Shown: one piece after another, positions 61,060-64,000 of the stretch
Position numbering within the stretch: the stretch's first letter is position 1
Layout: every line of letters starts with the position of its first letter
Source of the DNA: a virus
Lineage: Duplodnaviria > Caudoviricetes
IMG/VR virus record: IMGVR_UViG_3300005336_000019
Location: 12,513-76,512 of that record
Strand: one strand, 5' to 3'
DNA length: 64,000 bases
Position numbers and translations under genes: made by a program
Notes under the pieces: generated by a model
Told to the model about the DNA's origin: nothing
Database searches by the model: none
What the model saw: the letters and a program-made list of their open reading frames with translations, nothing else

Positions 61060-62009
61060 TACTGGGTCGCCTTCCAGAAGGGCAGCCAGTTCTCGGCGTA
61101 CCACTCGACGGTGCGCCGGATGCCCTCCTTCAGGGAGACGAAGTCCCGGGCGTCGATCCCCAGGGGCTCCAGCGTGCTTGTGTCGGATCGTACGACAGCA
61201 CCCGGAACCTCGCCCGGCCTCATCGGCAGATGCGTGATCTCGACCGGCTCCCGTCCGCTCGATTCGGCTGCGAACCGGGCCACCAGGCGGGCCACGTCGT
61301 TGACGGTGCAGGACTCCACCGGCCCGACCTCGGCGGGCTTGTCCAGCGGGCCGTGGGCCATCGTGTGCTCCATGGCCGTGACGAAGGCGGAGGCCACGTC
61401 ACCCACGTAGACACAGTCGGAGACCTGTTCTCCGTCGCCGTAGACCTCGATCGCCGTGCCGGTCAGGGCCCGGCAGGTGAAGGCGGGCAGGATCTTGCGG
61501 ACCTTCGAGGGCCCGTACGGCGCCGCGACGGACTGCCCCGGGCCGTACGCGTTGACCGGCCGGACCACCGAGACGAGGCCGTCCCGGTAGGCGTTGTACA
61601 TGCGGCCGTAGTCCTCGACGCAGGTCTTCGAGATCGTATAGCTGCCGGTCGCGTGATCCCGCATCCAGGCGTTGCCGACGCCCGCGTACACCACCGGAAG
61701 GTGGTACTGCACAGCCGCCTCGAAGACGTTGAGACCGCCCAGGATGTTCGTCGCGGCCGACGGGCGGGGATTCTGGATCGTCTCCTGGGTTCCGAGCACG
61801 GCTGCCAGGTGAATGATCCCGTCCACGTGAGCGGCCAGTTCCGTGACCGCCGTGGGGCTCTCGATGTCGCCGAGGAAGAAGGACTCCCCGTCGGCCATCG
61901 GAGTGCGCGGGTAACGGTCGAACACGGCCACCTCGTGGCCGCGCCGCAGCAGTTCCCGGCGCACCCACCCCCCGATGAAGCCCTGCCCGCCAGTCAGTCC
62001 GATCTTCAT
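61059..62009 (-). CDS. NAD-dependent nucleotide-sugar epimerase/dehydratase
   Basis: TGGQGFIG, HLAA, YTISK, RPVNAYGPG, GDGEQ..D.VYV.D. Confidence 0.95.
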   Translation of the reverse strand: MKIGLTGGQGFIGGWVRRELLRRGHEVAVFDRYPRTPMADGESFFLGDIESPTAVTELAAHVDGIIHLAAVLGTQETIQNPRPSAATNILGGLNVFEAAVQYHLPVVYAGVGNAWMRDHATGSYTISKTCVEDYGRMYNAYRDGLVSVVRPVNAYGPGQSVAAPYGPSKVRKILPAFTCRALTGTAIEVYGDGEQVSDCVYVGDVASAFVTAMEHTMAHGPLDKPAEVGPVESCTVNDVARLVARFAAESSGREPVEITHLPMRPGEVPGAVVRSDTSTLEPLGIDARDFVSLKEGIRRTVEWYAENWLPFWKATQ

Positions 62010-62176
62010 GCACGCCTCCCTGGCCACCGTTGATCGGCAGTCTGCCACAAGGCCACACGCCTGGAGCGCAAAAGCGCAGGTCAGATCGCATTGTCAGTGG
62101 CAGCTAGTAGAGTGGGAACCACGCAAGAACAAGCCACGAGAACGAGAACAAAACGCACAGGATCAAGGAGAAGAAC

Positions 62177-63283
62177 GTGACCACCGACGTCCTCAAGAAG
62201 CACAAGGTCAACCACGTCGCCCTGGTGATCGACAAGTCCGGCTCGATGCAGAAGCACGAGTCGACCGTCATCCGGGTCGTGGACGAGTTCGTGAAGGGCC
62301 TCAAGGAGGAGTCCGACGCGCTCGGCCACGAGACCCGCATCTCGCTCTACGCCTTCGACCACGAGGTGAAGTGCCTCGTCTGGGACATGGACGTGAAGGC
62401 GCTGCCGTCCATGAAGGGCGTCTACCACGTCGACCGGGGGGCCACCTCGCTGATCGAGGCGTCCGTGCTCTCTCTCGAAGACCTCAAGACGGAGGTCTCC
62501 GAGAAGTACGGCGAGCACTCCTTCCTCCAGGTCGTGTGGACCGACGGCGAGGAGAACGCCTCCGGCTGCTCCGAGAGCGGCCACATGCACACCTCCCCGT
62601 ACGGCGGCGTGCAGGACCGCCAGCAGCTCGACCGCTGGCTGCGCCGGATCCAGACCGTCATGGGCGGCCTCGCCGACCACTGGACGTCCGCGATCCTCGT
62701 GCCCAGCTCGCTGGCCAAGCGCACCGCCCAGTCCTACGGCTTCCCGGCGGGCAACATCGCCACCTGGGACGCCGACTCCACGAAGGGCGTCGAGGAGGCC
62801 ATCGGCACCGTCAAGGCGGCGGCCACGAGCTTCCTGCGGGGGCGCGAGGCGGGCGTTCGCGGCACGAAGAGCCTCTTCGCGGTCGGCCAGGACATCGACA
62901 TCAACACGGTGAAGGCCGTGCTGAAGCCGCTCAGCCGGGGCTCCTACGAGATCTACGACGTGGAGACGGCCGAGGACGGCATGGAGATCCGCGACTTCGT
63001 CGAGAAGCACACGGAGAAGCCCTACCGCCCGCGCTCCGCGTACTACGAGCTGGGGGTTCGCGTCTCGGTCCAGTCCAACAAGGACGTCCTGGTCTACGAC
63101 AAGAAGACCCGGAAGGTCTACGGCGGCGAGGACGCCCGCGAGCTGCTGTTCGGCCCCGACGGACGCACGAACGGCACCCTCTCGGTGAAGGCCGGGTTCA
63201 ACCCGGACCTGAAGGTCTTCGTGATGTCGGGCAGCTACAACCGCAAGCTCAAGAAGAACACGAAGCTCCTCGTCAAGCTGTGA
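62177..63283 (+). CDS. vWA domain protein
   Basis: MIDAS: VIDKSGSM, GATSL, WTDGEEN. Confidence 0.9.
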   Translation: MTTDVLKKHKVNHVALVIDKSGSMQKHESTVIRVVDEFVKGLKEESDALGHETRISLYAFDHEVKCLVWDMDVKALPSMKGVYHVDRGATSLIEASVLSLEDLKTEVSEKYGEHSFLQVVWTDGEENASGCSESGHMHTSPYGGVQDRQQLDRWLRRIQTVMGGLADHWTSAILVPSSLAKRTAQSYGFPAGNIATWDADSTKGVEEAIGTVKAAATSFLRGREAGVRGTKSLFAVGQDIDINTVKAVLKPLSRGSYEIYDVETAEDGMEIRDFVEKHTEKPYRPRSAYYELGVRVSVQSNKDVLVYDKKTRKVYGGEDARELLFGPDGRTNGTLSVKAGFNPDLKVFVMSGSYNRKLKKNTKLLVKL

Positions 63284-63367
63284 GCCCGGCCGGTACAGTT
63301 CCGGCATGACTCCTGACGCGCCTTTCCCACTTCAGCCCCACGGCGGGGCTGGTGGGGAAGGAACGCG

Positions 63368-63526
63368 ATGGCGCACAGTCCGCATCGCCAGTGGAAGGGG
63401 TGCCGTCTCTGTGCACCTCACAAGGACAAGCGCAACGGACGCCCGGTCCGCGACCCGTGGCGCGAGGTCCGCAAGACGGGCCTGAAGCGCCGCTACGGCC
63501 GCCGCTGGACGCCCGAAGAGGGCTGA
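63368..63526 (+). CDS. 52-aa basic protein with CxxCxPHK motif (not in ORF track)
   Basis: MAHSPHRQWKGCRLCAPHKDKRNG...; RBS inside strong hairpin. Confidence 0.65.
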   Translation: MAHSPHRQWKGCRLCAPHKDKRNGRPVRDPWREVRKTGLKRRYGRRWTPEEG

Positions 63527-63529
63527 CCG

Positions 63530-63562
63530 ACACCCCGCTCATCCGGAAGATGGGCGGGGTGT
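63530..63562 (+). terminator. terminator-like hairpin
   Basis: ACACCCCGCTCATC-CGGAA-GATGGGCGGGGTGT. Confidence 0.7.
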
Positions 63563-63630
63563 TCTGCATTCCGTGATCCCATCCGGCCTGACCTCCGTCT
63601 ACGCTGCTCTCAGCATCCGAGGAGGCCCGA

Positions 63631-64000
63631 ATGGCTCTGCCCACCCAGCGCACGGTCACCGGAACGTACGTGAACCCCGTGACGGGCAAGCCGTACGACG
63701 GCACAAACGGGCGCAACCAGTACGTGGTCTTCGAGCCGTATCCGTCCGTGTGGACCGACCAGGATGGAAATCAGATTCTCCTGGGGACCGGCCGGGTGAA
63801 TCTTTCCGAGAATGGCAGCTTCCAGAAAGACCTCGTGTGCACCGACGATCCCGGTGTTCTCCCGAGTGGCCGTCTGTGGAAAATCCACCAGCATGTCGGA
63901 GATTTCAGCACCACCGGATACATCGCCGTCCCCGAGGGAGACGGCCCTCTGGATATCAGCGACCTCCTCTCGATCGAGGAGGGCGGAGTCGTCTTCGTCC
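63631..64000 (+). CDS. Probable minor tail / tail-fibre N-terminal domain (runs off window)
   Basis: RBS GAGGAGG; RTVTGTYVNP...VVFEP...L.CTDDP...W...LDISDL pattern typical of actinophage tail adaptors. Confidence 0.6.
   Translation, partial: MALPTQRTVTGTYVNPVTGKPYDGTNGRNQYVVFEPYPSVWTDQDGNQILLGTGRVNLSENGSFQKDLVCTDDPGVLPSGRLWKIHQHVGDFSTTGYIAVPEGDGPLDISDLLSIEEGGVVFV

Larger units (their letters stand above)
1..64000. mobile_element. Segment of a large actinobacteriophage / phage-plasmid (Streptomyces-like host)
   Basis: Dense small overlapping ORFs (GTGA/TGATG coupling), high GC3, tRNA cluster, own primase/DnaB/initiator, nucleotide-metabolism genes, probable tail gene at right end; no chromosomal housekeeping operons. 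Confidence 0.85.

Noticed and set aside
1-64000. Long antisense or alternate-frame ORFs (e.g. 45617-47818 +, 16391-17995 -, 29858-31423 +, 42777-44306 +)
   Set aside because: Shadow ORFs of high-GC genes; they overlap motif-bearing genes and lack RBS or sensible composition
1-64000. CRISPR array, IS/transposase, integrase, rRNA
   Set aside because: No regularly spaced direct repeats, recombinase/transposase motifs or rRNA-like sequence seen by eye

Overview
A high-GC, gene-dense stretch of a large actinobacterial (Streptomyces-like) phage or phage-plasmid. I saw no capsid, terminase or integrase gene; only a probable tail protein begins at the right edge. Layout: (i) 1-24.7 kb, a rightward array of small, mostly hypothetical genes including a macrodomain, HAD phosphatase, ParB-like DGQHR protein, HicB-like protein and a frameshifted lipoprotein; (ii) 24.9-26.6 kb, a leftward Gly/Ser peptide-TerD-DUF6582 unit; (iii) 28.2-48.4 kb leftward, with HTH regulators, an MmcB-like nuclease, MazG-like protein, dCMP deaminase, CspA, an array of 11 tRNAs, a sortase-like protein, primase, DnaB and a replication initiator; (iv) a divergent non-coding region at 48.4-49.1 kb, a possible origin; (v) 49-64 kb rightward, with an AbrB/RelE-like toxin-antitoxin pair, Nudix, HIT and vWA genes plus a leftward epimerase-glycosyltransferase pair. 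The most unusual content is RNA. Two type II hammerhead ribozymes sit between genes at 8.7 and 16.8 kb. The tRNA array has ~90-270 nt spacers that fold into distinct structured RNAs: a tRNA-like RNA whose anticodon loop can pair with its D region, a free-standing CAU anticodon arm, twin long-stem RNAs and several pseudoknots. A 12-14 bp palindrome (TGRCCYRGGYCA) overlaps about ten promoters. All calls come from reading by eye; no searches or folding programs were run.
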